Notes: generated from the sequence alone by a model not told the origin. DNA of 64,000 nucleotides from Octopus vulgaris (GCA_951406725.2 OX597821.1:95108001-95172000); one strand, 5' to 3'; positions 1 to 14,074 are shown, counted from the first letter of the stretch. Made by a program: numbers and translations.

Positions 1-155
1 CGCACACTGAAATGCATTGAGCGTTGACATTGCAGTTTGACAATGCAGTTTGACAGGAGAGGAAAGGCGGATGTAGACATTAGATGAGTGACATGGCTCA
101 ATGACTTGGATGTCAAAGACGGTGGAAGGTTTGCTAATGTCAACTGTCAAAAACA

Positions 156-240
156 TTACTTAAACTTTGCTTGCGCTGAAGTTCTGATGTGTGACAAAGG
201 AAAGCAAACTTTTGGTAGATCTGACACTCCAGAAGTCATA
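156..240 (-). CDS. Candidate terminal coding exon of an unidentified host gene (…MTSGVSDLPKVCFPLSHIRTSAQAKFK*)
   Basis: Non-repetitive sequence. On the minus strand a pyrimidine-rich tract ends in CACCAG at 241, followed by an open frame to TAA at 158-156. The phase is compatible with the 1487-1648 candidate exon. No homology recognised. Confidence 0.25.
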
Positions 241-484
241 CTGGTGATCAGTGAAGAGAGAAAGAGCGCAAGCGAGGAAGAGAGGGGAGAGAGAGAGAGA
301 GAGAGAAACAGAGGAAGAGGTAGACAGACAGACATATAGTCAGACAGACAGATGGACGGACAAACAGACTGAGACTCGGGTGGTCAGGGATATTGTTGTT
401 TTCACTGCCTTTGCGATTGTGAAGTACGAGCGAGAGAGAGAGAGAGAGAGAGAAACTGAGGGATAGACAGACAGACAGATAGAT

Positions 485-1272
485 ACATACATACATACAT
501 GCATACATACATACATACATACATACATACATACATACATACATACATGCATGCATACATACATACATACATACATACATACATACATACATACATACAT
601 ACATACATACATACATACATACATACATACATACATGCATGCATACATACATACATGCATACATACAGACATGCATGCATGCATACATACATACATACAT
701 ACATACATACATGCATACATACATGCATGCATACATACATACATACATACATACATGCATACATACATGCATACATGCATGCATGCATACATACATACAT
801 ACATACATACATACATGCATACATACATACATGCATGCATGCATACATACATACATACATACATACATACATACATGCATGCATACATACATACATACAT
901 ACATACATACATACATGCATACATACATACATACATACATACATACATACATACATACATACATACATACATACATACATACATACATACATACATACAT
1001 ACATGCATGCATACATACATACATACATACATACATACATACATACATACATACATACATACATGCATACATACATACATACATACATACATACATACAT
1101 ACATACATACATACATACATACATACATACATGCATACATACATACATACATACATACATACATACATACACACATGCATACATACATACATACATGCAT
1201 GCATGCATACATACATACATGCATGCATGCATACATACATACATGCATACATACATGCATACATACATACAT
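485..1272. repeat. (ACAT)n microsatellite with ACATGCAT variants, ~790 bp
   Basis: Direct reading; source of the MYVC/HTYI pseudo-ORFs. Confidence 0.98.
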
Positions 1273-1486
1273 CATTACTCTTGAGATTTTGGAAGTGAGA
1301 GCGATATGGTGACAATTTGTTGCATGGAATAGTTGCTTTTTGAAAGGATGAAACATACAGTAGCGACTTTTTGAAGATTACTATAGACTCCTGTCTGTCG
1401 TCGTCGTCATCATCATCATCATCATCGTCATCGTCGTCGTCGTCACCATCATCATCGTCGTCATCATCATCATCATCATGGTAAAC

Positions 1487-1648
1487 CTTTGTATGTTGGA
1501 TCCTGTTGTGCAGTTCTCCACTAAGCATTGATGTAGAGTATATGTGATTTGTATATCAGAAAGGTATCCTATATCTAGATCAACAGGTCTGAGCAATCTT
1601 TCCACTCTGCTGATCTGTTCGACTGACGACCTACAACTCATATGTGTG
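1487..1648 (-). CDS. Candidate internal exon (THMSCRSSVEQISRVERLLRPVDLDIGYLSDIQITYTLHQCLVENCTTGSNIQ)
   Basis: Unique 162-nt open frame between tttgtAG (1650-1649) and a weak AAG|gtttac donor, phase 2 at both ends. No family recognised. Confidence 0.3.
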
Positions 1649-1655
1649 CTACAAA

Positions 1656-2048
1656 TCTTTATATATAAAAGAGAGGTTGTGTGCTGTCTGTCTCCTACGA
1701 TTTAGATTCCTAACTACTCCCACATTTTGCGGTGCAGTTTAACCAAAACCGGGTATCTTATAGTCGTGATTCATATCGAGCCCTTCTGGGTATTAGCGCG
1801 CGTCTACAATGAGTCTACGATTAAAAAAAAAATTACCATCAATTTTTCACATTTTTAATGTATTTCTGGCATATATAAGGGAAGTAACTCTCTAAAAATT
1901 TATTATTAAATCTCAGAACGTAAAAAGCTACAGTAACCCCCCCCTTGTAGTTAGCCATATTGAGATGGCTATTATACTTTACATCTCTAAAAATGCTTAT
2001 ATAGTTATTTCCCTTACAAACCCGAGCAACGCCGGGCGATACTGCTAG
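1656..2048 (+). mobile_element. Non-autonomous Helitron, apparently complete
   Basis: 5' TC(tttatatataaaag), subterminal hairpin CCCGAGCAACGCCGGG (2021-2036) and 3' CTAG (2045-2048). It is inserted between host A1655 and T2049 with no TSD, the canonical Helitron termini. Confidence 0.85.
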
Positions 2049-2282
2049 TAACATATAAAACCCTCTCAGTTCATACCCTAATATATTCCTAGATACACAG
2101 TGACTGTAAAGGAGATGGGATGGTAACGGGCAAAACGTTTCTGATCATTGGTGCGCTCATTATCAGAATCACCATCAATGTTGCCATCTGTATTTTTATC
2201 CTCAGCACCATAGTAATTTATACTTTCCTCCTAATCTTTTTCCTCTCTTCTTCCTCATTATTTTCTCATTTCTCTTCAGATA

Positions 2283-2517
2283 TACTCTTTTACTCTTTTA
2301 CTTGTTTCAGTCATTTGACTGCGGCCATGCTGGAGCACCGCCTTTAGTCGAGCAAATCGATCCCGGGACTTATTCTTTGTAAGCCCAGTACTTATTCATC
2401 GGTCTCTTTTGCCGAACCGCTAAGTTACGGGGACGTAAACACACCAGCATCGGTTGTCAAGCAATGCTAGGGGACAAACACAAACACACAAACACACACA
2501 CAGCCACTCCTGCGCCT
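2283..2517 (-). mobile_element. SINE family B copy (internally deleted)
   Basis: Reverse complement of the 3' half (…ggcggtgctccagcatggccgcagtcaaatgactgaaacaagtaaaagag) and of the first ~20 nt of the copies at 34500 and 43654. Confidence 0.85.
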
Positions 2518-2589
2518 ATATATTTACAATGTTTTATTTTGACTTTGCAAAGCTAACTTTTTTTTACTCTAATATTGATTTAAAATTGT

Positions 2590-3003
2590 CGCACAAGGCC
2601 GGTCATTTCAGATAAGTCGATTACTTATTTTATCAACCCCGAAAGGAAGAAAGGAAAGTCGACCGCGACTGAATTTTAATTCAAAACATTAAGACGGACG
2701 TAATTCCGCTAAGCATATTGCCCGGCGTACTAACGATTCTACCAGCTCACCGCTTAATAAATACTTTAATATTATTATCTATTATAAGGCAGCATAGTTG
2801 GCAGCATCGTTAACACGCCGGAAAAATGCTTAGCGGCATTTCGTCAATCTTTACGTTCTGAGTTCAAATTCCGTCGAGGTCGACTTTACCTTTCATCCTC
2901 TTGGGGTCGATAAAATAAGTACCAGTTCATCACCGGAGTCGATGTAATCGACTTATCCCCTCCCCCGAAATTGCTGGCCTGGTGCCAACATTTGGAACGA
3001 ATA
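2590..3003. mobile_element. Two SINE family A copies, head to head (2590-2755 minus, 2786-3003 plus)
   Basis: Match to the family A head (ggcggcgagctggcagaa…gttctgagttcaaattccgccgaggtcgac) and core (ctttcatcct…gggtcgataaaataagtaccag). Confidence 0.8.
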
Positions 3004-3387
3004 TTATTTGTTTTGGCATTTTTCAGGGAAAGAAGGGCAGCACCTATAATCTTTTGAAGGACCTGTGGGACTGGTAGGAGTCGAAAGAAAGAAAGAAACA
3101 ACAATTCGTTGTTTTGCTAGAAAAGAGCCTAGCAAGATACCAAGTTAACTTCTGGCTTGGAACTGGATCTGAATGTTTACAACAGATGGACTCCGCTAAA
3201 GGTAAACAACACGTATAAACGAAAGTAAAATAAAAGGTTTATAATTAAGCAACTGATTATGTGGATGGAGAAAGAAGTCGCAAAGCAGATGAATATATAA
3301 TAAAACGAGGCAGTAATAGGATGAGAATCTCTGTAATATAAAGGAGAAGGGGAAAAGTAGTGAAAAGAGGAAGGTACATGATATAAA

Positions 3388-3533
<146 letters not shown>

Positions 3534-4021
3534 AAACTAAAAGATGAAAGTAGAATAAAATTGAAATTCTGTGATCTGTGGTACAATTTGCAAAGCTATA
3601 TTCTGGATCGTACTACTTGCTTATACACCAGTAAAGCTTCATTCTGATATCTTCTGTCATGTCATTAGTTCGTGGCGTGAACTAATTTCAAAATGTCGTC
3701 CCCAAAACAAGTTTACCTGAAGAAACTTTATTGTACCTACAGGTTGAATAGGCTGCAATTTTACGAGTGTAATTTTCTTTCTTTGAAATTCTCGGTCTTT
3801 TTTTTTTTTTTTTTTGTAAGTTTGTTAAAGTTCATTAGATATCCAACCATATGAATATTTAGCGGTCTTTTTTCTAATCCGCATTTTGTGTGAAAGTTTC
3901 ACTTGTAGCTAAGTTTTTGATTTTTTTTTTTTTTGAAAGGTATTTCAGGAGAGACTGGTAAAACGTATCAGGAAACTTGACGTCTTGTTGTTTTTCTCAG
4001 CGTTTGAAAAACATACTCACA

Positions 4022-4440
4022 TATATTTCTTTACTACCCACAAGGGGCTAAACATAGAGGGGACAAACAAAGACAGACAAAGGGATTAAGTCGATTATAT
4101 CAACTCCAGTGCGTAACTGGTACTTTATTTATCGACCCCGAAAGGATGAAAGGTAAAGTCGACCTCGGCGGAAATTGAACTCAGAACGTAACGGCAGACG
4201 AAATACCTATTTCTTTATTGCCCACAAGGGGCTAAACACAGAGGGGACAAACAAGGACAGACATAGGTATTAAGTCGATTACATCGACCCCTGTGCGTAA
4301 CTGGTACTTATTTAATCGACCCCGAAAGGATGAAAGGCAAAGTCGACCTCGGCGGAAATTGAACTCAGAACGTAACGGCAGACGAAATACCGCTAAGCAT
4401 TTCGCCATGCGTGCTAACGTTTCTGCCAGCTCGCCGCCTT
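4022..4440 (-). mobile_element. SINE family A, dimeric form (3' part tandemly duplicated)
   Basis: Two consecutive units (tttctttactacccacaaggggctaaac…gacgaaatac) followed by a single tRNA-like head at ~4390-4440. Confidence 0.9.
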
Positions 4441-5531
4441 AACCAGCTCGCCAACAAGCCTTGTGCACACCACTTTATCTTATGGAATTTTATTTCAGTC
4501 TGTTATATCTTATTTATTTAAATAGCAATCAGCTATATTCCTTGTATTTTCAATATATGCATCCTCCTCCTCTTCGCCATTTCATTTTTCTTTTATTCTT
4601 TTTTTCTTCATAACACATCTTGCTCACTCCTTCCATAACTAGACGTCCAAAATTATCTCATAAAAAATTGAGAACAATTAGAAAAACCTACTGTTCTCAT
4701 AATTGGAAAAATAAACTTGTATTTTTCTATAGAATGTTGTATGTATTTAACTTTATTCCTATTTTATCATTTTATGTTTTCAAAAACGATCAACTGGGTT
4801 ATATACACGTATATGTCTCCTCCAGTATCTTATTTCTTTTCTTTTAACATTCTTTTCTATTCACGGCTAACATGAACTAAAAAATTTCGGGTAGGAAATT
4901 GAGTTCGTTGTAAAAATAATTGCACATCAAGCTACACACTTTGATATCTTAACTTCAAAATGCTAGCATAACCCTTCTCTAGGATTTGGAGTTCATTCCA
5001 TCTGGTCATGGCGATTCAAAACATTTCATTCCATTTAAATTTAGCTAAAATATAAACAAGAAGCTGTCGCACAAATCAAAGTAGAAGAAAAAAAAACATT
5101 AATCTTTGCAAAAACAAAATGTGTTGTTTCATTATATTAGACTAGAGATTTTGATTCAATACTTTAAACGCTAACATAAAGCCATCGTTGATAGAAACTC
5201 GTACAAAAATCTGTCCACTGAAACGAATTACAGCGAAAGCCAAGACAAATACAAGTTAAATATAAAACAGTGGTGCTGTCAGCTTTATGTGCATATGTGT
5301 CTATGTGTGTGTGCGCGTACGTGTGTGTGCATGTGTATGTGAGTGTATGTGTGTGTATCTGTGTGTGTGTGTGCATATGTATGTGTGTGTGTGCGCGTGT
5401 CTGTGTGTGACACTTGGTGGACTAATCGGTGATACTATACACACATATGTATATAATATACACATATACACGCAGATGGATAAATAGATGGACAGATAAA
5501 TGCATGTGTGTGTGTGTACATACATATATAC

Positions 5532-5575
<44 letters not shown>

Positions 5576-6399
5576 CATATATGCATATATATGTGTGTGT
5601 GAATATATATACATGTATATATACATATATATATATGTATATATATATTATGTACTATATAATCACATACTCGTACATATGTCTACGCATCTATCAAACC
5701 ACAACGGGTTTATGTTAGAACTCTTGACTTATTTGTAGTCGAATTGATAAATATGTATTAACCTGTTGGGATTTGAATGCAATTATAAATTGGTTAACCG
5801 ATTCCAATAAATTGGTTAACCGATTCCAATAAATTTAATGTCAACAGAGCTGAACTGCGAACTCGACTTCAGGAGAGGAAATATATCACATATATCTCAC
5901 ATGAAAAGTAGGAACATTACAATTTATGCTAGTAACTCTAATATTGGTATTATCACTATCACATAACCGAAAACTGAATCTTGGGTTTGTTTGTAACACA
6001 TTCTACGAAATACTTGTTGATTTTTCCACTTCACTTGGCATCAAGTCATTTTCTTTCTCGAATTAAACTTCGACGAACGAATAAAAACAATTTTTTTTCT
6101 TTTGTTTTATTTCACACTGGAATATCAAGACATAAGGAGGTGAAAGGTGCCGAGGGTTGTACACCAGGCGAAGTAATTATAACAGTACCAATACGTTTCA
6201 TATCTTTAAGAAATGCTGTACGATTTTCTTCGTCGTGTTTCTTGATAGTTGTGTGATATCCATCGTGGTTCTTCATAGCTGTGTTTGAGATTTCAAGCTG
6301 AACACATTAAATCCAAAAACAATTAGTCTTGTGTGATGTTGGATAAGTGATTTTAGTGAGATTAACTAGTAGTAGGAGTAGTATAATGGTAGTGGTGGG

Positions 6400-6600
6400 A
6401 GGCGGAGGCGAGCTGACAGAATCGTAAGCATATTTGACAAAATGCTGTACTTGGTAGCATTTCGTCCGGTTTTACGTTCTGAGTTCAAATTCCACCTAGG
6501 ACGACTTTTATCCTTCCGTAGTCGAAAAAAGTATAACTAGTTGAGCACTGAAGTCGATGCAATCGGTAATCTCCCGCCCCCAAAATTTCAAACCCTATGT
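6400..6600 (+). mobile_element. SINE family A, diverged copy
   Basis: ggcgagctgacagaatcgtaagc…gttctgagttcaaattccacc. Confidence 0.75.
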
Positions 6601-6612
6601 CTAAACTAGAAA

Positions 6613-6697
<85 letters not shown>

Positions 6698-7106
6698 TAA
6701 CCTTTTCTTCAATGCTGCCAAGGTACCTTTTCCTCAATTAAATCTCACGTCAATTCTTTCAGCAAATCCATGTACTATTTGAAGTTGTGTTTCTAGTTAT
6801 TAATCCCATGCAGCGTACAATTTAAAGCCATCTATATCATTATGAGTTTATGTGTGTGTGTGCGTGCGTGTGTGGCGAGTGTATGTGCGTGTGTATCTGT
6901 GTACGTGTGTACATATGTATGTGTGCGTGTGTGCGTGTGTGCGTGTCTGTGACACTTGGTGGACTAATCGGTGATACTATACACACATATGTTCTTCTCA
7001 ATACGTGTGACGTACCAGCTAAGACAATCTTTTTCACTTCCTGCATGGATGGTAAGTCCGGGATCATCCTCAAATAATTTTCTTCTTCTTCTTCTTCTTC
7101 TTCTTC

Positions 7107-7164
<58 letters not shown>

Positions 7165-7166
<2 letters not shown>

Positions 7167-7495
7167 TCTTTCAATTTTGTTTCCGTTTCTTGCCGAGTGT
7201 CTTCCCAACACCTAGGACAAAGAAACTCACAGTATACGTTGGTAGGTCATTAAAATAAACACACCAGATTGTTCGTTTACAAAGTCATGTGACAGAAAAA
7301 ATGGGGGAAGAAAGATAGACCAAAGAAATAAAAAAGAAAACATGAAAAAGTCGAAAACAAAGAAAATAAAGGGAAAAAGGAAAGAAAATTCACAGCGACA
7401 ATGTTCTTCTCAATACGTGTAACATACCATGCAATAATCTTTTGCACATCCTGCATGAATGGTAAACCAAGGATCATCTTTAAATAATTTTCATA
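7165..7495 (-). mobile_element. 3' end of an R4/Dong-like (RLE) non-LTR retrotransposon with (AAT)n tail
   Basis: Minus frame LGLPFMQDVQKI resembles the conserved C-terminus (QKxxLxGTxxILR) of RLE LINEs. The 3'UTR runs into (AAT)n and recurs at 57290-57410. Confidence 0.6.
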
Positions 7496-7528
7496 TCATC
7501 ATCATCATCAACATCATTATCATCATCA

Positions 7529-7610
<82 letters not shown>

Positions 7611-8029
7611 CATTATTTAGTTGACAATATCGTTAGGTTGCGGAAAACATGTCTTGCCAGAATTAGGTATTTTTACTCTTTGCTGAGACAGCATGGAAAT
7701 TTTTGCATATTACCTTATTTTTCCCATTCAGCTACGTTTTAAAAAAATTCTCTCTTATGCGTCTATAATATTACTTCTATGCCTTTTGCGTCAACCAGGT
7801 TTTAGGATTTCTAAATATTTTTACGTCTGTGTATATTCTAAATCATTGTTTCTTTATTTAGCACGATACTAATGTTCTTAATTAACCTTTTCTTCAATGC
7901 TGCCAAGGTACCTTTTCCTCAATTAAATCTCACGTCAATTCTTTCAGCAAATCCATGCACTATTTGAAGCTGTGTTTCTAGTTATTAATCACATGCAGCG
8001 TACAATTTAAAGCCATCCATATAGAAAAG

Positions 8030-8480
8030 ATAGTTTATTTTCCTCCCATAGCATTTGTATTCGAGTCAAGTCTGGTGAACATTTTGACTTAGTCATAGTT
8101 ACGAAGATAGTTTCCCTCAATGAACCAGCCAGGTGTTGCTTCGGTTTTGTCATTATCTTATTAAACATCTCTGCAAACGCCATATGTGTCACTGTAAAAT
8201 ACCTTAACCATAAATCTGGCATCTTATCGTGTCCTGGTGCCTTCTAGTTGCTTGTATTTTCTTTGTGGCGTCTGACCTATTGTGCATGTGTTGCGTTCGT
8301 TATTTTGAACAAGCATTTTCGTGATAATTCCTTCGTTGTCCATACTCCCTGCTGGGATTCTTCTACTTCATTTTCTGTTAGTGTTGCATTGATTTTTAAT
8401 TTATTTTGACTTAGCACTTGATAGAATTGTTAGGATTGAAGTAAAACTGTTTGTTCAATTCATAAAATCACTGTCGCCTT
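8030..8480 (-). mobile_element. Degraded R4/Dong-like reverse transcriptase N-terminal fragment
   Basis: Minus translation KAPGHDKMPDLWLRYFTVTHMAFAEMFNKIM matches the KAPGxDxIxxxWLK motif of RLE LINE RTs. Confidence 0.65.
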
Positions 8481-9244
8481 TCTCTCTGCCGGTTTCTTTA
8501 ATCCATAAAATAAAGTATCACTAGGTAAACAACTTACTACAGTGAGTGTAACTAATATGAGAATCAATACAGCGTCTAAAAGTATGTTCTATAGTGATTA
8601 ATTATATTTCTATACATTTTACATGTTTAAATCCCACCAAAGTCGACTTTGCCACTAAATTTTTTGGGATCGATACAAGTCAAGGCGACTGAGTAAGAAC
8701 AAAGCAGTTTATCTTATAGGATCGGAAGGTTGCTGTTGTTGTTGTTATCGTCGTCGTCTTAACCCCCACCCCATCGATCGAACAGACCAATGGTTTAAGA
8801 TATTCCGTCCATAACCATACCACCTAGTCTAAAAGCCACATTATCCGGTGTGTCCTTTTCACTCATAAAAACGACAAAGGCGTCATTTGAAAGAGATTTG
8901 GTACTGCGAAGCTCCCCCGATTTTTCAGGGATTTAGCTGGAGAAATACGACGGCTGTGAAGGGCTTCTACAAAAATAATCCTAGTTGTTATAGGTTCCCT
9001 AGGCTCCGTCACTAACGGACTTAACATCTCCCTTATTGAGATTGGTGTAACTACAAGAGTTGCATTGATTCAGAAATCTGCTCTATTCAGTGCAGCAAGG
9101 ATTGTAAGAAAGGTCTTTGATATCTAAGGAAACTGGTTGTGTTCCGGTATCAAAAACACTGATTCCGAACGTAAAACATTCATACACACCATGGAGAAGA
9201 AGAAGAAGAAGAAGAAGAAGAAGAAGAAGAAGAAGAAGAAGAAG

Positions 9245-9272
<28 letters not shown>

Positions 9273-9275
<3 letters not shown>

Positions 9276-9497
9276 TTCAAATTTTGGTGCAATGACACCA
9301 AGTTTGAGGAAGGGGCTAAGTAGATTACATTGACCCCAGTGTTTAACAGGTACTTATTTTTGATCGACCCCCCAAATGGATGAAAAGTAAAGTCGACCTC
9401 GGAAGTATTTGAACTCAGAACGTAAAGACGGACGAAATGCCGCCAAGAATTTTGCACAACGTGCTAATGATTCTGGTAGCTCACCGCCTTCATAATA

Positions 9498-9567
<70 letters not shown>

Positions 9568-9790
9568 CAATAACAATAATAATAATAATAATAGTGAATT
9601 CAAATTTTGGCACAAAGCCAGCAATTTCGAGAGAAGGGAAAAATCGATTACACCGACCCCAGTGTTCAACCCCGAAAGGATGAAAGGCGAAGTCAACCTC
9701 CACGGAATTTGAAATCAGAACGTAAAAACTGACGAAATGGCGCTAAGCATTTTCCTCGACGTACTAATGATTCTGGCAGCTCCCCGCCTT
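9273..9790 (-). mobile_element. Two SINE family A copies (9273-9490, 9597-9790) separated by (AAT)n and flanked by (GAA)n and (TTA)n
   Basis: Both show tcaaattttgg…ggatgaaa…gtcgacctc…gaactcagaacgtaaa…agctc.ccgcctt. Confidence 0.85.
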
Positions 9791-9797
9791 AATAAAA

Positions 9798-9892
<95 letters not shown>

Positions 9893-9894
9893 TA

Positions 9895-10001
<107 letters not shown>

Positions 10002-10011
10002 GTTGTTGTTG

Positions 10012-10070
<59 letters not shown>

Positions 10071-10197
10071 GCATAAGCCGTATAAGTGGAACAGCTGATG
10101 TTTGGAGACATCAAAGATAGTCGCTGACCTCAACGGAAGCAGCAACTTAACACACTCATGCACACACATATGTATGTGTGCGTGTGTGAGTGTGTAT

Positions 10198-10261
<64 letters not shown>

Positions 10262-10499
10262 GCGCCAAAATGAGGGCGGAAAAGTGAAGTAATGAAGCAA
10301 GGTCAAAGTAAATACAAAGTCGTATTTGAAATATTAGATGTCTCAATAAAGGCAGGATTTATATATATACATTTATGTGTATATTTGGACATTTGCGCTC
10401 ACGCCATTATGCAAGCTATTAGCTTGTCGTCACTTGCATTTTGCATGAACATAATTATATACATATATTTACATCAAATATACATGTACGTGTGGGTGG

Positions 10500-10586
<87 letters not shown>

Positions 10587-10639
10587 TATAGATATAGATG
10601 TAAGTACATATAATCTTATCGCGTTTTCCTGTTTTTTTT

Positions 10640-10695
<56 letters not shown>

Positions 10696-11199
10696 ATGTA
10701 TGTATGTATATAATGGCCTTGGAGCGGAAAAAATTATAATTTCAAAAATACACTATGACGTTTGCTACCCTCTTCTAAGTTCTGTGTTCATATCGTGTCG
10801 AGGTCACAGTTTAACATTAGCCATTTTAGCTTCTATAGAATAAATACCAGTCAAGAACAGGAAATCCGATTTAATTGATTGTTACCTTACCCTAAAATTC
10901 GAGACCCTATATAAATGTTAGAATACATTATAACGCAGTTGATTGGCAGATTTGTTAAAACCGGTTGTGAGGTCAAATCCTGTCGTGTGCAATTTTACCT
11001 TTCATACTCCCACGATAGATAACCTAAAGTACCAGTGAAAAACGGAGGCCAATATAATCAACAAACCACTCTCCTACATTTCTGGATTTGTGCCTACGTT
11101 AGAAAACGATGATTAATGTTGAGCTGGAAAGATCGTTAGCGTATTAGGACAAAATTCTCAACGGCATTTCTTTACCTTCTGAGTTCATATCCCGCTGAT

Positions 11200-11572
11200 A
11201 CTCTTTTACTTGTATCAATCATTTTTACTGCGGCCATGGTGGATCACCGCCTTTAGTCGAGCAAATCGACCCCAGGACTTATTCTTTGTAAGCCTAGTAC
11301 TTATTCTATCGGTCTCTTTTGCCGATCCGCTAAGTTACGGGGACATAAACGCACAGAGGCACACAAACACAAACACACACACACACATACACATATATAT
11401 ATATATATACATTTATACGACGGGCTTCTTTCAGTTTCCGTCTACCAAATCCACTCACAAGGCTTTGGTCGGCTCGAGGCTACAGTAGAAGACACTTGCC
11501 CAAGGTGCCACGCAGTGGGACTGAACCCGAAAGCATGTGGTTAGTAAGGAAGCTACTTGCCACAGCGACTCT
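11200..11572 (-). mobile_element. SINE family B copy
   Basis: Near full-length reverse match to the 34500-34902 copy. Confidence 0.88.
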
Positions 11573-11704
11573 TGCTGATGTTAACTTTGCCTTCCGTCCT
11601 TCAGGGTCGATAAAATGAGTACAAGTTGTGTGGGGGTGGAAGTAGGGGGGTTCAGATGGGGTGAATTCACATAAAGAATCTTGCAAACAAGATACAAAAA
11701 CGAA

Positions 11705-11783
<79 letters not shown>

Positions 11784-11821
11784 TTCGGAATGTAGATCAC
11801 GAAGCAAGGAAAGCTGTAAAT

Positions 11822-12335
11822 TAGTGGTTCTCAACAAGCGTTCATATGACCTTTGGGGTCCATATGACTCTTGAGGTCCATATGGCCCTTGGGGGTCCAT
11901 ATAAGATTTTGTTGTTAAAATTTATTTGCAATAAATTGGTCAAACGTTACAATACACAAATTTTTAAAAAAATTTTTAAATACAATTCTTAAAAATATTT
12001 CATTATTTAAAAAAACGGTGAGGTGGCAAAATCATTAGCACACCGGACAAAAATGCTTGCCGACATTTTGCCCGGCTTTACTTTCTGAATTCAAATTCCG
12101 CCGAGGTCGACTTTGCCTTTCATCCTTTTAGGGTCGATATAATAAGAACCTGTTGATCACTGGGGTCGATATAATCGACTTATCCACTTCCCTAAAATTG
12201 CTGGCCTTGTCCAAACTTTGAAACTAATATTTAATCGTAATACGACTTTTTTAAACATCGAATTGTCCTGAGGGTCCACCCAAGTATAATAAGAATCAGC
12301 AGTGTCCATAAGCCAAAAAGGGCTGAAAACCATTG
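11822..12335 (+). mobile_element. hAT-type MITE with a nested SINE A (12016-12228)
   Basis: TIRs tagtggttctcaac / gctgaaaaccattg; 8-bp TSD ctgtaaat (11814-11821) / ctgtaagt (12336-12343); internal 18-bp repeat (ggtccatatgaccyttgg) about 4 times. Confidence 0.75.
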
Positions 12336-12485
12336 CTGTAAGTAATAGCGTGTAAATATTGGGTTAAAAAGACACTTTGGAAAGAGCAAGTCGACGGTTG
12401 CCCGTAGGAATCGAACTCACAATTCCTGTAAACATAACAGGCGTTTTTATGAGGTCAAAGACATTATATATATATATATATATCC

Positions 12486-12769
12486 GGGACCCCCTTCGGT
12501 CACGACACTGACCATGGGATTGCACCTAGAAAGTTACCCTCCTAGTCACAAGTCTGGGCAAGCGCCACCAGTGTTATGCAAGGGAAAGGCAAAGGGGCTG
12601 ATACAGCTTGGCACTCGTGACGTCGCAACTCATTTCTACAGCTGAGAGAACTGGAGCAACGTGAAATAAAGTGTCTTGCTCAAGAACACAATACGCAGCC
12701 CGGTCCGGGATTCGAGCTCACAACCTCACGATCGTAAACTCGACGCTCTAACCACTGAGCCATGCGCCT
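12486..12769 (-). mobile_element. tRNA-derived SINE family D (V-domain-like)
   Basis: Minus head ggcgcatggctcagtggttagagcg…gagctcgaatcccggacc (A/B boxes), then tgtgttcttgagcaagacactt; bounded by (TA)n. Confidence 0.75.
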
Positions 12770-12772
12770 TTA

Positions 12773-12890
<118 letters not shown>

Positions 12891-13303
12891 CCACACAAAT
12901 CTACATACATATAAATGTGTGTGTGTATATGCATGTATGCATGTGTGTAAGGGTGTATGTATACATTTATGCACTACTAAACTTAAACTATTTTGTGTAT
13001 GCGTAATACATTAATAATATGCGCACAGTGGTTCACTGTCAAACAGTTCCGCCTACTCTACGTAGAAATATATTTATGAACGAATGAAAAAGAAAAAGAG
13101 ATAGAAAACGAAAGCGAAGGTATGTCTATAGTGGGAAAGGAGAAAGAAAGAGAAGGAAGAAAACCCCGAAAGAAAACGAAGTGGTGTGTAAATCCTTATC
13201 ATTAGTTCCGGAAGTGATTCGAGCAAAGCGGAAGTATCTATCCACAAATGGTTTCTTGATAAGATTATATATATATATATATGTATATATATGTATATAT
13301 ATA

Positions 13304-13388
<85 letters not shown>

Positions 13389-13742
13389 GGAGCCAATCAT
13401 CATGTTGGTTTATATATATGTACTTAAGGTTTAAACATTACGTCTCGTATCGTACGATTCCAAAATAAGGAAACATCAAGAAGCACAAGAAGGTAAAGAT
13501 GTTGGCGTCTCTAGAAATGACGGTGGGTGGATAAGAGGATAAGAGAAATATAATTTAGTGGGCGACAACATGTATTTCCTTCGTGTGGTCATTATTTACA
13601 GAAATAGACCGATATTCCTCCACCCATTTCCACCAGTGTATCAAGTTAGGTTTATACAAATTTGAAATGTAAGATGGTTGAATGGATATAAGATTGGATT
13701 AAGTTGTTCGTGAGTTCAAATCCAAGCCAGTGCAGGTGTATG

Positions 13743-13773
<31 letters not shown>

Positions 13774-13870
13774 CGGGAAGCTTTATGAAAATAAACAAAA
13801 GACGAAGGCAGGTGGAATACAAACAAACAATTGTATTAGTATGGCGCTCAGGAATATAAGTAAAACAAGT

Positions 13871-13905
13871 CTTTTACGTTTCGAGCCTACGCTCTTCAAC
13901 AGAAA
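13871..13905 (-). ncRNA. Minimal hammerhead-like motif (variant core), same element family as 34300-34480
   Basis: Minus: ttt-CTGTTGA-A-GAGC gtag GCTC-GAAA-CG-TA-aaag. The host element spans ~13760-13970. Confidence 0.45.
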
Positions 13906-14074
13906 TATACACAGAAAAGAAACACGGAGAGAAAAAAAATGCGTGCAGAAGCTAGCGAATCAACATGGCGATGTATGTATGTATGTCTGTGTATGTATGT
14001 CTGTGTATGTATGTATGTATGTATGTATGTATGTATGTATGTATGTATGTATGCATGCCTATATATGTTTGTGT

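Noticed and set aside
248-1528. 426-aa and overlapping long ORFs
   Set aside because: Translations of (ACAT)n and (GAT)n, open in all frames; no coding complexity.
11840-11905. Short regularly spaced repeats suggestive of CRISPR
   Set aside because: 18-bp tandem units without unique spacers, inside a eukaryotic MITE; no cas genes.
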